A stretch of DNA of 64,000 bases from Mobula birostris. Taxonomy: Eukaryota. The first letter of the stretch is position 1. Every line of letters starts with the position of its first letter. Under the pieces are notes generated by a model. That model worked only from the letters and a program-made list of their open reading frames with translations, ran no database searches and was not told where the DNA came from. Below are positions 36,105 through 47,774 of this stretch, piece after piece. The position numbers and the translations under genes are program-made. The DNA is taken from positions 34,742,961 to 34,806,960 of the forward strand of contig NC_092383.1 in NCBI RefSeq assembly GCF_030028105.1. The letters run 5' to 3'.

Positions 36105-36755
36105 TAGGTTATGAGAATACTCAGTCCTCTTTTATTGTCATTTACAAATGCATACATGCATTAAGAAATGATACAATGTTTCTCCAGAGCAATATCACAG
36201 AAAACAGGACAAACCAAAGACTAACACTGACAGAACCACATAATTATAACATATAGTTACAGCAGTGCAAAGCAATACCATAATTTGATGAAGAACAAAC
36301 CATGGGCACGTAAATAAAGTCTCAAAAGTCCCCAAGTCGATCGACTTCTGAGTCCCCGATAGCAGGTGGCAAAAGGGAGAAACTCACTGCCATAAACCTC
36401 CAGGCACCGACGACTTGCCGATGCCTTGGAAGCAGCCGACCACAGCTGACACTGAGTCCATCCGTCCTAAAACTTCGAGCTTCTGACCAGCCTCTCCAAT
36501 ACAGCCTCCCGAGCGCCATCCTCTGCCGAGCGCCTTCGACCTCTCCCCAGCCGCTGAAACAAGCAAAGCTGAGGATTTCGGGGCCTTCTGCTCCGGAGAT
36601 TCCGGTTACCACACAGTAGCAGCGACAGCAAAGCGGGCATTTCAGAAGTTTTCCAGATGTTCCTCCATATTCTCACATCTGTCTCCATCAAATCAGAATT
36701 GTGCACGGTCGCCTACTTGACAGATTACAGATATTCATCACCAAAGTGGCCGCGC
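36105..36755 (-). mobile_element. Non-autonomous ~670-bp retroposon, copy 3 (subfamily B, slightly 5'-truncated)
   Basis: Colinear with copy 2 but lacks the GGAGAAGATGGCG head. A possible 5-bp TSD AATAT lies at 36100-36104 and 36757-36761. Confidence 0.88.
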
Positions 36756-37292
36756 AAATATGACACTGGAGCTGTGCTTAACTACACAGTCATAAGTGTA
36801 AAGGAGATGATGGTATTGAATGCTGAGCTGTAGTCGATAAAGAGTATCCTGCTGTGTGCACTTTTGCTGTCCAAGTGTTGCAGGGTTGAGTGAAGAGCCA
36901 ATGAAATGGCATCTGCTGTGAACCTGTTGCTCCAGTAGGAAAATTGGAGTGGATCTAAGTCACTTCTCAGGCAAGGTTTGATATGTTTCATCACCAACCT
37001 CTCAAAACCCTTCATCACTATGAATATAAGTGCTTAGGGCAATAATCATTAAAACAGGTTGCCACATTCTTTTTAGGCACAGGTATAATTGAAGCCTGCT
37101 AAAGCAGGTGGGCACCTGCTAAAGATTTCAGTGAACACTCCAGTCAGCTACTCAGCACTGGTCTTTAATACTTGGCCAGGTACCCCATCTGAGCTGGATG
37201 CTTTTTGTGGGTTCACCCACCTGCTCACATGTTGGCCTCAGAGACTGAAATCACAGGATCATTGTGCTGTGGGAGTTCATGATGGTTCCTCT

Positions 37293-38644
37293 ATGTCCCC
37301 AACCACCGGGCTGTAAAGCATGTGCTACTGGGCTGCGAGGAAACGATATGATTTGACGATATGAGTCAGCTGCACCTTTCCTCATTCCCTGTCACACCCA
37401 CTGTTGAACTTGAACACACGCGAGGTCATTACGCACGCGTCATCTATGTCAGCACGGGAAGAAGATCAACTCCTTAATCTTGCAAATGACAGCGGGCTGA
37501 AAAGTATGTTTGACATAACACCTCTGCTGGCATTCTGGATCAAAGTCAAGGCTAAATATCCTGAGATAGCCACAAAAGCACTGAAAACATTGCTCCCATT
37601 TCCAACATATCTCTGCGAAGCGGAGTTTTCTGTGATGAATGCAATGAAAACTAAATTGCGGAATAGACTGGACATAAGGAACCCCCTTCGAGTATCGCTG
37701 TCTCCCATCACCCCTCGATGGAACCGTCTTGTTGCAGGAAAACAAGCCCAGGGCTCCCACTGATTCAGCGATATTGGTGAGTTGCATTGATTTTATATGT
37801 TCATACGAGGAAAATATGAGCTGTGTGTTTAATATCCAAACATTACTTAAAACGTCAGGATGCTATTGACTTATAAGTGACTTATAATTGACTTATCATT
37901 ATATTCATGCGAGGAAAATATGCGGTGTGTTTAATATTAAATTCGTTAGATAAGCCCTTTTAGAAATGAAATTGAGTGTATTAGTCACTTATAAGTGACT
38001 TATAGTTGACTTATCACCTATATTCCAGTCGTGATTAACACCCCCCCTCCCCCAGGGTTGCCAACTGTCCTGATTTAGCTGGGACATCCCGTATATTGGG
38101 CTAAATTGGTTTGTCCCATACGGGACCGCCCTTGTCCCGTATTTCCCCTGCTATCCAAAGGTAGAACGTTCCTATGAAACCTTTTGTGCTGAAATGGCAT
38201 AAACTGGAGAAACAACTACCATTAATTTATATGGGAAAAAGTTTTGTGCGTTCCCAGACCCAAAAAAATAACCTACCAAATCATACCAAATAACACATAA
38301 AACCTAATATAACACCAACATACAGTTAAAGCAGATGATATGATAAATACACAGCCTATATAAAGTAGAAATAATGTATGTGCAGTGTAGTTTCACTGAA
38401 CAGAATTGCCAAAAACGATTTGTAGAAAAAAAATCAGCACGTACATATATGCGCTCACAGGTGCCCGCGCAAGGCTTCATAGTCATGGTAGTCTTTCTCG
38501 GGGTAAACACAAGTGTCCCGAATTTGACCGCTACTCTTGTCCGTTGGCAACCCTACCCCACTCCTCCAACCCCGGTCAGCCAGTCCTCAAGAATATTGTC
38601 AATATTAAACCGGTCCGCGGTGCGAGAAAGGTTGGGGACCCCTG
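37293..38644 (+). mobile_element. Non-autonomous hAT (Buster/Charlie-type) DNA transposon derivative
   Basis: Right TIR GGTTGGGGACCCCTG is followed by CCCTAGGT (nnnTAnnn, a Buster-type target); the left TIR remnant is GTCCCCAACC. ORF 37404-37763 encodes the hAT C-terminal dimerisation region FW...YPEIATKALKTLLPFPTYLCE..FS...KTKLRNRL...QAQGSH. Confidence 0.88.
38053..38555. mobile_element. hAT-type MITE nested in the Buster derivative
   Basis: TIRs CAGGGTTGCCAAC ... GTTGGCAACCCTA, inserted in a C-rich tract. The TSD is not clean. Confidence 0.78.
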
Positions 38645-38900
38645 CCCTAGGTAAATAGGATAGATGGCATATGTCTGTTGGGTGTTCAAAGTCAGAGGAA
38701 CATGACTGCTTTCTGGGTACTACACTGTTTTCCATGTAATTTTTATAGAAAAACAAACATAAACAGATTTAATTTATTTACAAATTTTAATGAGTCACAG
38801 GTTTAACTATCATGATCATAGAGCCTAACTTAATGGAAAAGGGCCTTTGGCTGATGATTCCTCTCCAACCATCAAGCAGACATTTACACCAATCCCACAC

Positions 38901-39660
38901 AGTCCTGGTGAAGGGTCTTGAGTCGAAACGTCGACTGTTCACTCTTTTCCATCGATGCTGCCTGGCCTGCTAAGTTCCTGCAGCATTTGGTGTGTGTTGC
39001 TTGTGAAACACCCTGGTTTCCTTGGCTGTGTACGCTGAGGGGAGACACCCTCCAGCCCTGCCAAACGCGTGGGATTGAGGCGCGCTCCCATCCCAAACCA
39101 CATGCTGTGTCATTTGCTACCCTGTTACAAATTGGTGCCGCAAAATAACAGACAGCACACTGCATACGATTAAAGGAATTATACTTATGACTTAATTAAA
39201 GGGTTAGGAAAGAATAATAAAAGGGCCCATTCTAATTAAACAGTCAAATGTGAACAAGTTGGAGCTCATCTTGAACTTCTCTGTCATACACGCACTGGGC
39301 CTTCATCAACGTAAAAGTACACACCACCTTCCGACCATCACTCGCAATCCACCGCGAACAAATGGATCTCCCACCGGATCATATGTTATGACCGGTTCTC
39401 CTCAGCATCTTCTCTCTTCAACCCCCTCCGAACAAAAGCCTAAGACCAACCTTGTCATTCCTCACCAAGAAGAAACCTCTGCTAATTGGATGGCACACAT
39501 TCCACACCATCCCTTATCTTCAACAGAAACCCAAACAAGCTGAAATCAAACTGCTCTTACAGAACTACCAAAATGAAATACATACAGCATAACAATAAAA
39601 ATATGAACCAGGCCATTACACTTGGATTTCCAGTATCTGCAGATTTCTCATGTTTGTGAT
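38901..39660 (+). mobile_element. Short Penelope pLTR-derived end fragment with a mutated hammerhead motif (38901-38936), split by a solo LTR
   Basis: AGTCCTGGTGAAGGGTCTTGAGTCGAAACGTCGACT...GATGCTGCCTGGCCTGCT..., resuming at 39621 with CTTGGATTTCCAGTATCTGCAGA. Confidence 0.8.
39004..39620 (-). mobile_element. Solo LTR (617 bp), distantly related to the LTRs at 32620 and 35277
   Basis: TG...TTACA termini and a 4-bp TSD CTTG (39000-39003, 39621-39624). It shares GGGGAGACACCCTC, CTGTTACAAAT, AAATAACAGAC and AAACAGTC blocks with those LTRs. Confidence 0.85.
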
Positions 39661-39664
39661 TCTG

Positions 39665-39930
39665 CACTAGGTCCATTGTACTCCCTTAACATTCCAATCA
39701 AATCCCCTCAGATTCCCCCACTCACCTGCACCATAGAAGCATTTTACAGTGACCAATTAAGCTACTAAACCACACATATTTGGGATGCAGGAGGAAACAA
39801 AAGAACTCAGGGAACAACTCTGCAGCCTCATGGAGAACAACCAGACTCCACATAGGCAGCACCTGAGGTCAGGATCTAACTCCAGTTGCTAGAGTTGTGA
39901 CGTTCTAGCTCGACTCATTGTATCATCATG
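39665..39930 (-). mobile_element. V-SINE (decayed)
   Basis: Antisense TTTACAGTGACCAATTAA...TTTGGGATGCAGGAGGAAAC...ACTCCACATAGGCAGCACCTGAGGTCAGGAT. Confidence 0.7.
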
Positions 39931-40124
39931 CTCTTCAAACAGTACTGGAGTTGCTTTTTATGGAATTACATATTCATCCAATTTATTGGAAGACTAATCA
40001 ATTTGGTAATCATTCATAATACCTATCTTAACTCATCATCAGAAATATTATCTGATGATTCCACTTTAGTAATTGTGAGATTCACTTCAGGAATGCCTTT
40101 GATCTGACAGTCTTCCTCAATAGG

Positions 40125-40523
40125 CACTGGAGAGAGTTCAGAGAAGGGTGACTCATTGCAGGGTATGAGCTATGAAGAAAGATTGAAAGAATTAAATCTT
40201 TTTAGCGTAAGTAGATGTAGAATGAGAGGAGACATGATAAAAGTGTTTAAAATCATTAAGGGTGGATGCCAGCTGCTACTTCAAAATTAATCCATCATCA
40301 AGGACCAGGGGCCATGAGTGGAGACTAGTTAAAGGGAGATTTCAGACTAACATCAGGAAGCATTTCTTTACACAGCAAGTTGTGGACTCATGGAACGAAG
40401 TATCTAGTTGTGTAGTTGAGAGTAGTACCTAAGAGATTTTCAAATCTAAACTTAATAGCTATGTGAGTAGGAATTTGGCAAACTTTGTTGGGCTGAATGG
40501 CAAAAACATTCTAATATTCTAAT
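40125..40523 (+). mobile_element. CR1 LINE 3' end
   Basis: Translates ALERVQRR...MSYEERLKELNLFS..RMRGDMIKVFKII...TRGH..RKHFFTQQVVDSWN. The tail is TTCTAATATTCTAAT. Confidence 0.88.
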
Positions 40524-40540
40524 ACTTTCCTATATGTCAG

Positions 40541-40646
40541 CATCTTGGAACAAAAGATCGACGTTGACTTTTTGGAATCTCTCAACCATCTTCCCAAAAT
40601 TTATGAATATGGAACATATCCATTGTTACCCAAGTTAGCCTTGGAG
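40541..40646 (+). CDS. Candidate 106-bp coding exon (unidentified)
   Basis: Acceptor actttcctatatgtcag, open frame ILEQKIDVDFLESLNHLPKIYEYGTYPLLPKLALE and donor GAG/gtgagg. I do not recognise the protein. Confidence 0.28.
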
Positions 40647-40884
40647 GTGAGGAAAAATGATGGCAGTGGTGTAAATTGGGCAGTTTTCTATACACATCAT
40701 CATTAGGTGGGCTGGCTCAATGGGCACTGTGAGGGATGGGCTGATTCTTGGGCCAGCAATCAAAATACATCGCACTGAGGTGGACAACATAAAAATTCTG
40801 CGATTTTTGGCAATGAGCGCTTGTTGACAAACCATGGTCAAAATGTCAATGTGTCACTTCGGATCACTTAATTCACTTTTCTTT

Positions 40885-43800
40885 CATGCATGGGTGGCGC
40901 CACCTCGCTGCCACCTGAGCATGAAATAACTGCCGTGGTTCAACAACGGTCTCCTACCCTGTGTTTCTACCATGCAAGGCTTGGGCCGACAGCTAAGAAG
41001 TGCCACCTAACCTGCGAGTTCAAGGAGTTGGGAAACGGAACGGCCAGTGCCCATTAGCTGCTATGGGTGTTGGCAGGTCGGGTAGTTTGTTGTTCATTAC
41101 AGACTGTTTCCAGGCACCATTTCCCCTGTGACACGGGCGCTAAAGTGAGCGTCCTGCCTGCATCTGAATTGGACATACGAACTGGGGAGTATGGACCGCC
41201 TCTCGAGGCTGTGAACGGCAGTGCCAACCAGATTTTGGTAAGCGTGAGATGGCGTTGTGCTTTGGCAGGCAGAGGTTCTGCTGGAATTTTGTGTTGGCAG
41301 CTGTGTCTACACCCCTGCTGGAGTTCGACTTCTTCTGCACCAACAGCCTTCACATTGATGACCAGGACTGGCGCCTCGTCAACACAGAGACTTTCTACTC
41401 CCCCCCTCCAACACACTCAGCACCACCGGCACTTCAAAGTTGTCCAGCACCCTTTCTGTCTCTGACGACCTCCTCCGCCTCCTCGCTGACTTTTCGGGCC
41501 TGACCCAGCCCACCATCTCCTCCTCCGCCGCTAAACACAGGGTGGAGCACCACGTCCTCACCACCGGCCTGCCCGTTCACGCCCGCGCCAGGGGCCTCGT
41601 CCTGAAGAAGCTTGCCGTCGCCAAGGCTGAGTTTGACGCCATGAAGTACCTGAGCATCGTCAGGCGGTCCAGCAGTCCATGGGTTTCCCCTCTCTACATC
41701 GTGCAAACACTTTGGGGGGGGTGGGGGGGAAGCAGGCGGCGTCTATGTGGCGAGTTCTGCCACCTCAACGACACCACAACCCCTGATTAATACCCAGTCC
41801 TGCACATCCAGGACTCCTCTACCGCCTGGCAGGGAAAATTATTTTCTCGAAGGCGGACTTCGTTCGCGGTTATCATCAGGTCCTTGTCCACCCAAGTGAC
41901 ATTCCTAAAACCGCTGTTCTTACACCGTCTGGTTTGCTTGAATGCCGTTCAGACTAAAGAACGTAGCCCAGACCTTTCAGTGCCTCACGGACAGTGTTCT
42001 CAGGGATTTGCCATTCCTGCTTGTTTACCTGGATGATATTTTGGTAGTCAGCTGTTCTGGGGACGAGCATCTCTTACACTTGAGAACCCTTTTCAAACGC
42101 CTTAGTCAGCACGGTCTTATTGTCACCCGCCAAGGTGCCGGTTTGGACTGTCCGTGGTCGAATTTCTCGGACACTGTGTCAATACAGCGGGGGCTGTTCC
42201 CCTGCTAGATAAAATTGAGGTCATTAAGCACTTACCTCAGCCAGTCACCATTAAGGTCCTGCAGGAGTTTTTGGGCACGGTCAACTTTGATCACCGTTTT
42301 TGTCCAAGGCGTTCTCGGACACTAACCAGGCATTGTCTAATGCAATGCTACTGGTGCACCTCCTCCCGGACACACCAATCGCTCTCACCATGTACTTGTC
42401 GGATTGCGCAGTTGGCACTGTGCACGAGCAATTGCCACAAAGCTGCCTGGCAGCCACACGCCTTTTTTAGCCATCAGCTTCACCCTGTTCGACCGTGAGC
42501 TTCTCGGCCTGTACTTGGCTGTGCGGCATTTTTGCTTTCTCCTAGAAGGCCGTCCATTTTACGGCTTTTGTGGATCATAAGCCCCTAACGTTTGCCATGG
42601 CTAAGGTCTCTGAACCTTGGTCTGCTCAACAGCAGCGCCATCTTTCTTTTATTTCAGAGTTCACCATGGACATCCAGCATATCATGGGAAGTGTAACCTC
42701 GTGGCTGACTGCTTTTTCCCGTCCTTCACTGGTGCTGTCCATTTAAGCACGGACTACACTCCGATGTCGGCGCACCAGGTACCGGACCCAAGCGTGTGGG
42801 CGCTGCGTTCGGCAGACACATGTTTGAAACTGGTAGATGTTGCTTTCAGTGACAGCAGCGTTTCCCTTCTGCATGATGTGTCAATGGGGCGACCCAACTG
42901 GTTGCACCAGCGAGCTGGCGGAAGAGCATTTTCGATATGATCCACGGGCTTTCTCACTCAGGTTAGAGGGCATCGCAGAAACTGGTGACAGAAGAGTTTG
43001 TGTGGCACAGGCTTAAGAAGGATGTCAGGGACTGGGCTAGTGCTTGTTTTACGTGTCAACGCATGAAGATACATCGATACGCCAAGGCTTCCTTGGCTCC
43101 TCTCGCAGTCCCTGAGTGGCGTTTTGACCGCGTGAATATGGATTTGGTTGGCCTGATTCCCCCGTCCCGTGGGCTTACTCACCTCCTCACCATCGTTGAT
43201 AGGACCACACATTGGCCAGACACAGTGCCGCTGTCATCCATTTCAGCCACAGAGATGGCGTGAGCGTTCATTAGCTCGTGGATCGCTCAGTTCAGCGTCC
43301 CGTTGGATATCTGTTCAGATCAAGAGACTCAGTTTACGTCCGAGCTTTGGTGTGCAGTTTTCTGTGATCAGGGGGTCAAAGTGCAGTGGACCATGGCTTA
43401 TCACCCTCAGGTCAAGGGTCTCTGCGAGCATTTCCACCTCCGTGAAAGCCGCTGTCTGTGCATGCCTCAGTGACCGTTGTTGGATGGACAGACTACCGTG
43501 GGTCACGTTGGGCCTGAGGACCTTCAGTCCTCTTCTGCAGAGTTCACTTTTGGGTAACCTGTGTGAGTGCCGGGAGAATTTCTCACAACATTGACAGTCA
43601 CACAGTCTGCTTCGTGGCAGCGGTTGGCTTTTATGGATAGCGCCAAAACTTCCGCTCCGGTGCCCATGACGCAGTATGGTCTGTTGCGGTCGCACCTGTC
43701 ACCAGGTCTGCAGGAGGAGAAATATGTGCTTGTGCATCATGATGGACATTAGGGTCCCCTGCATGTTGGAAGTGGGGAATAAATATCGTATGCTGGACTT

Positions 43801-44941
43801 TGGAGGTATCCCAGAGTGATTTTCTGTGGAGAAGATGGTGGCGTGACGCAGTTTGCAGCGGCCACTCCAGTGGTGATGTCTGTTATTTGTCAAGTAGGGT
43901 GCCGAGCACAATCCTGATTTGATGGAGACGGACGTGAGAGCATGGAGGAACATCTGGAGAAACTTCTGAAATGCCTGCTTCGCTACTGCTGCTACTGTGT
44001 GATCCAGAATCTCCAGAGGAGAAGGCCCCGAGTCCTTGGCTTTGCTTGTTGCTTGGTGGCTGGGGCGGGGTCGAAGCGCTCGGCAGAGAATGGTGCTCGG
44101 AGAGGCTGTGTCGGGGGGGCTGGTCGGAGGCTCGAAGTTTTCGGATGGACTCAGAGTCCACTGCGGTTAAGTGCTTCCAATGGTGCTTCATCGGCAAGTT
44201 AGCGGCGCTAGGAGGTTCATGGCGGGGAGAGTTCCTCTCTTCTGCCGCCCGCGTGAGGTGATGAGTCTATCAGAACTTTGAGACTTTTTTTACCGTGCCC
44301 GTGGTCTGCTCTTTATCAAATTATGGTATTGCTTTGCACTGTTGTAATTATATGTTATAATTATGTGGTTTTGTCAGTTTTAGTCTTGGTTTGTCCTGTG
44401 TTTTCTTGTGATATCGTTCTGGAGGAACGTTGTATCATTTGTTAATGCATGCATTTCCAAATGACAATAAACGAGGACTGAGTGTCCTCATTATCTAATC
44501 TAATCTAATCTTAATCCTGCACATTTGGTCCTGGACTCTCCAGTGGAGGTGGCACAGGCCCCTGTGGAGGGGCCGGCCTCCCACCTCCAGACCTCCTGAC
44601 ATTGACTGTTCTTCCTACCTGACACTTGCCCATGAAGGCAAGAGTTCGTTCAACTGAGTTCTGCAGGCCCCTGCTCGTTCGACTTTATCTGCTCCAGTGA
44701 ATTCTGAGGGGGCACCAGCAGGAACACTTTAATTTCATTAAGCAGAATTCCCCCAGACTGTGAGGGGTTACATTCATCATGTATGTTACGTGTTACGTTG
44801 TACATTATTACATTTTGGGGTGGGTTTTTTTCTTATATATATATATAGACACATACACAACATCGCCATTTGTTGGTGGTTAGAATGAAGTGTACATTTG
44901 AAGTAATTGCTCTCGTGTCGATTTTTGTTGCTACTCCTACA
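40885..44941 (+). mobile_element. Decayed Ty3/Gypsy retrotransposon, CsRn1-like (gag end, PR, RT, RNase H, IN and probable 3' LTR)
   Basis: Gag C-X2-H-X9-C-X3-C knuckle (40962-41015), in-frame G GGA AAC slippery site, protease CDTGAKVSV, RT SPWVSP..RGYHQ..MPFRLKN.AQTFQ..VYLDDILV, IN VWHRLKKDV..W..AC..CQ..DLVG..LLTIVDRTT.WP..SDQ. PPT-like GAGGGGG at about 44706-44712, then a segment ending CTACA at 44941. Confidence 0.9.
43828..44511 (+). mobile_element. Non-autonomous ~670-bp retroposon, copy 4 (subfamily A), inserted in the Gypsy integrase C-terminus
   Basis: Starts GGAGAAGATGGTGGCG and ends AATAAACGAGGACTGAGTGTCCTCATTATCTAATCTAATCTAATCT. Confidence 0.9.
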
Positions 44942-45329
44942 CAGTCAGTGTTTTGGATCAACACCCTTCATTATGACTTCTCTTAGCCAGTCTTTTTCCC
45001 CATTCAAGATAATTTCCCACCTAATACGTTTCAAGTCAGATCCATTATGTTGTGGAAGGGAACGAAGGGATGAATGCAGTTCTTTCCCGCACACCCCTTC
45101 TCTTACCATGATGTCTATGCAAGGCAGGAAGAGGGCGGGAGTTAAAAGCAGAGTCCAATCTCCAGTCCTTCCTCAGACATAAGACTTGTAATATGAGGGA
45201 TTATACCTTTGGTATTCTTCCCTTACCTTCTTCAAAAGGTGGACAGTTTTCTTCATGACAGAGTTGCTGCTGAGCTCAAGTTGTGTTCTGGCTCAGGCAC
45301 TGGCCAGCCGTTTTGACCTGTCACTAATG

Positions 45330-45695
45330 GTCCTCGGATCTACATTGGCTCCCACCCTTGGCTGAAGTTGGCTAAAGATCAATCTCCTTGTGGTCATTTA
45401 TTTCGTTAGGTCTACCAACTCTTCCAGCCTTCAATTCTCCAATATTCATTACTCCTCCTTCTCATTGCACCACCATTTTTCAGTATCTTTAGCTGCCCCA
45501 GAAACTGAACTTCTCTCCCTAACCTTCCCCATCTCCCCTCTAATTATAATCCTGGGCCGAGCACTCGGTCACCTGAACTACTCTGAAGTTAAGTGACACC
45601 GCTATAAATTTTATTTGCTTGTCCATGTGTGAAGCACCTTGAGAGATTTGAACCCTGTTAAAAGCGCTATACAGATGAAAGTTATTATTATTGTA
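45330..45695 (+). mobile_element. Ancient L2-type LINE 3' end
   Basis: The end GTGAAGCACCTTGAGA...TTAAAAGCGCTATACAGATGAAAGTTATTATTATTG resembles L2/DeuSINE 3' termini. Confidence 0.5.
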
Positions 45696-46679
45696 GCTCA
45701 ACATTCTCTATCGTTGGCAGGCAGAAAGGTGCAGAGACAATTTTTTTGTTCCTTCTGACCTGAACTGTGAAGCACCAGAACCAGTGCTCTTGTGGGGTGA
45801 CTGCTTTAAATGGTGTCAGATAAGCAGCTCCATTTAAATTTGTTGCACAAGATATTTTATCAAATAATGACATCCTTAGTATATTCTATCTTTAAAACAC
45901 TATTTAATGGGAGTAACTCCGCTCTGCCCTATGTCATTACAAAATGCATTATTTGTTCTCTTTCAAAAGATTCGAGTTATTTTTTTTTCCTTTCATTTGC
46001 AGAATGCATGTGGTTCCCCTCACCTCCTACTTCCCGTGCTATTAAATAAATTTGCACGGGTTTTCTGTGGATGTCACATTGATGGATGGGGTGGATATAA
46101 AATCTCTTCAGCCAGACTAGACATCGATGCTTTCTCATTCATCACTCACCTTATTGTCTAAGCATTTGATCAAGACTATTAAACAGGTCTGAGCCTGCAA
46201 CAGGGATTCTCCAGTGAGATTTGAACTGATTCTTTAGTATTTATTAAAGTGGACCATTACTTCTTATGATTTACATGGACTATTGTAGGAGGATCAAAAT
46301 ACAATAACGTGATACGTGAACACTATCCAGGGCATTAATTGGATTACTCTAAACTTCACAGTGGCACTGGGATTACAAACAGAATTCACTGACCTCACAC
46401 ACTCACTAAGAGACGAACAGACAAGCAATTATTTGGATATCACACCAGGAATCATTTCTAAGTTTGAGCTATATCCATCCATTTCAATAAGAGTCCATGC
46501 ATAATGTATCTAGGGTTGCTGATGGTGCAAAGGTAGGTGCTAAAATGAGCTGTAAGGAGGTCATGAAGGCATTGAAACTCGTCCTTCATGTGTTATATTG
46601 TGTATGCACATTGCCTTCTGCCTCTCTAAATTTAGTTCAGTTTATTTTATTGGATTGTATAGATGATGTTTTATATATA

Positions 46680-47002
46680 AAGTAAAAAGTAAAGGTATCT
46701 GTTAGTCTTGCGAGACCATGGATCTGCACCTGGAAAGTCTTCACTCTCCACGGCGCAGCCTGGGCAAGGTTGTATGGAAGACCGGCAGTTGCCCATGCTG
46801 CAAGTCTTCCCTCTCCATGACACCAATGTTGTCCAAGGGAAGGGCATTAGGACCCATACAGCTTGGCACCAATGTCATCGCAGAGCAATGTGTGATTAAG
46901 TGCCTTGCTCAAGGACGCAACACGTTCCCTCGGCTGGGGTTCAAACTTACGACCTTCAGTTCGCTAGTCCAATGCCTTAACCACTTTGCCACATGCCCAC
47001 AC
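46680..47002 (-). mobile_element. tRNA-derived CORE-type SINE, copy B
   Basis: Colinear with 21907-22225 and 56978-57268, and flanked by (TA)n. Confidence 0.88.
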
Positions 47003-47129
47003 TATATATATATATATATATGCTGTATATAAATGGTGTACCACTTTTGAATATCTTGTACATGGTTCATAAAAGGTGGACATTCAGGTCCCGCATGCAA
47101 TTAAAAGATACATTTAATTCCATGAGTAA

Positions 47130-47500
47130 GGGAGGCATGGTGGTGTCATGGTTAGTGTTGCTGTCTCATGGCTCCACAGCCTCAGGTTCAATCCTGACCT
47201 CAGATGCTGTCTGTTCAGAGTTTACATGTCCCTTCCTGTGACCATGTGGGTCTCCACTACATGTTCTTGTTCCATTCCACGTTCCAAGGACGTGGCAGTA
47301 CTTTAAGTTTGCTACTGTATACTACCTATTTGAGTAGGTTGAAGGCTAAAGAATCAAAGGATATTGTGTGGCAGAGACTAAATTGCGGAGATAGAGAGAA
47401 ATAAGAATAGGAGATTGTGAGACAAATGGAATTGGTCTTCTAGGAGTTAGTATGGTCCCATTGGACTGAAGGACCGTCTTCTGTGTTGTTCTAAATATAG
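47130..47500 (+). mobile_element. V-SINE (decayed)
   Basis: GGCATGGTGGTGTCATGGTTAG...GGTTCAATCCTGACCTC...GAGTTTACATGT...GTGACCATGTGGG. Confidence 0.72.
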
Positions 47501-47774
47501 ATATGATAAAGAAAAATGTTTCAATTGCACAGGTGAGACTACATGTGATTTTGTCCTGGTCATGTCAGGATGGTGCTTTGCCTTGGAGGCAAAGCAGCAG
47601 AGCTTAGTGGAATAATTCTGCTTGTTCTCAACTCCTCAGCCAGATAAAATATTTTCCTTTCATCACCCCAGTTGTCTTTTATGAATTGTGTCTCTTCCAA
47701 ATGAGGCGAGATCTTATCATTCGAGACTCCAGACTTTGCCTGCTCACCTCTCCTCCAATCCCCCCACCCCAGGA

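Larger units (their letters stand above)
32425..37290 (-). mobile_element. Rex1/Babar LINE, host of the Gypsy element and retroposon copy 3
   Basis: ORF 36782-37018 ([13 protein letters not shown]...LDPLQF...[13 protein letters not shown]) and 32428-32706 (FGMTSKTLKNF.RCVMESILTGCITAWYG). Confidence 0.88.

Noticed and set aside
37404-37763. Domesticated ZBED/Buster host gene
   Set aside because: Only the C-terminal fragment is present, and it lies between transposon TIRs.
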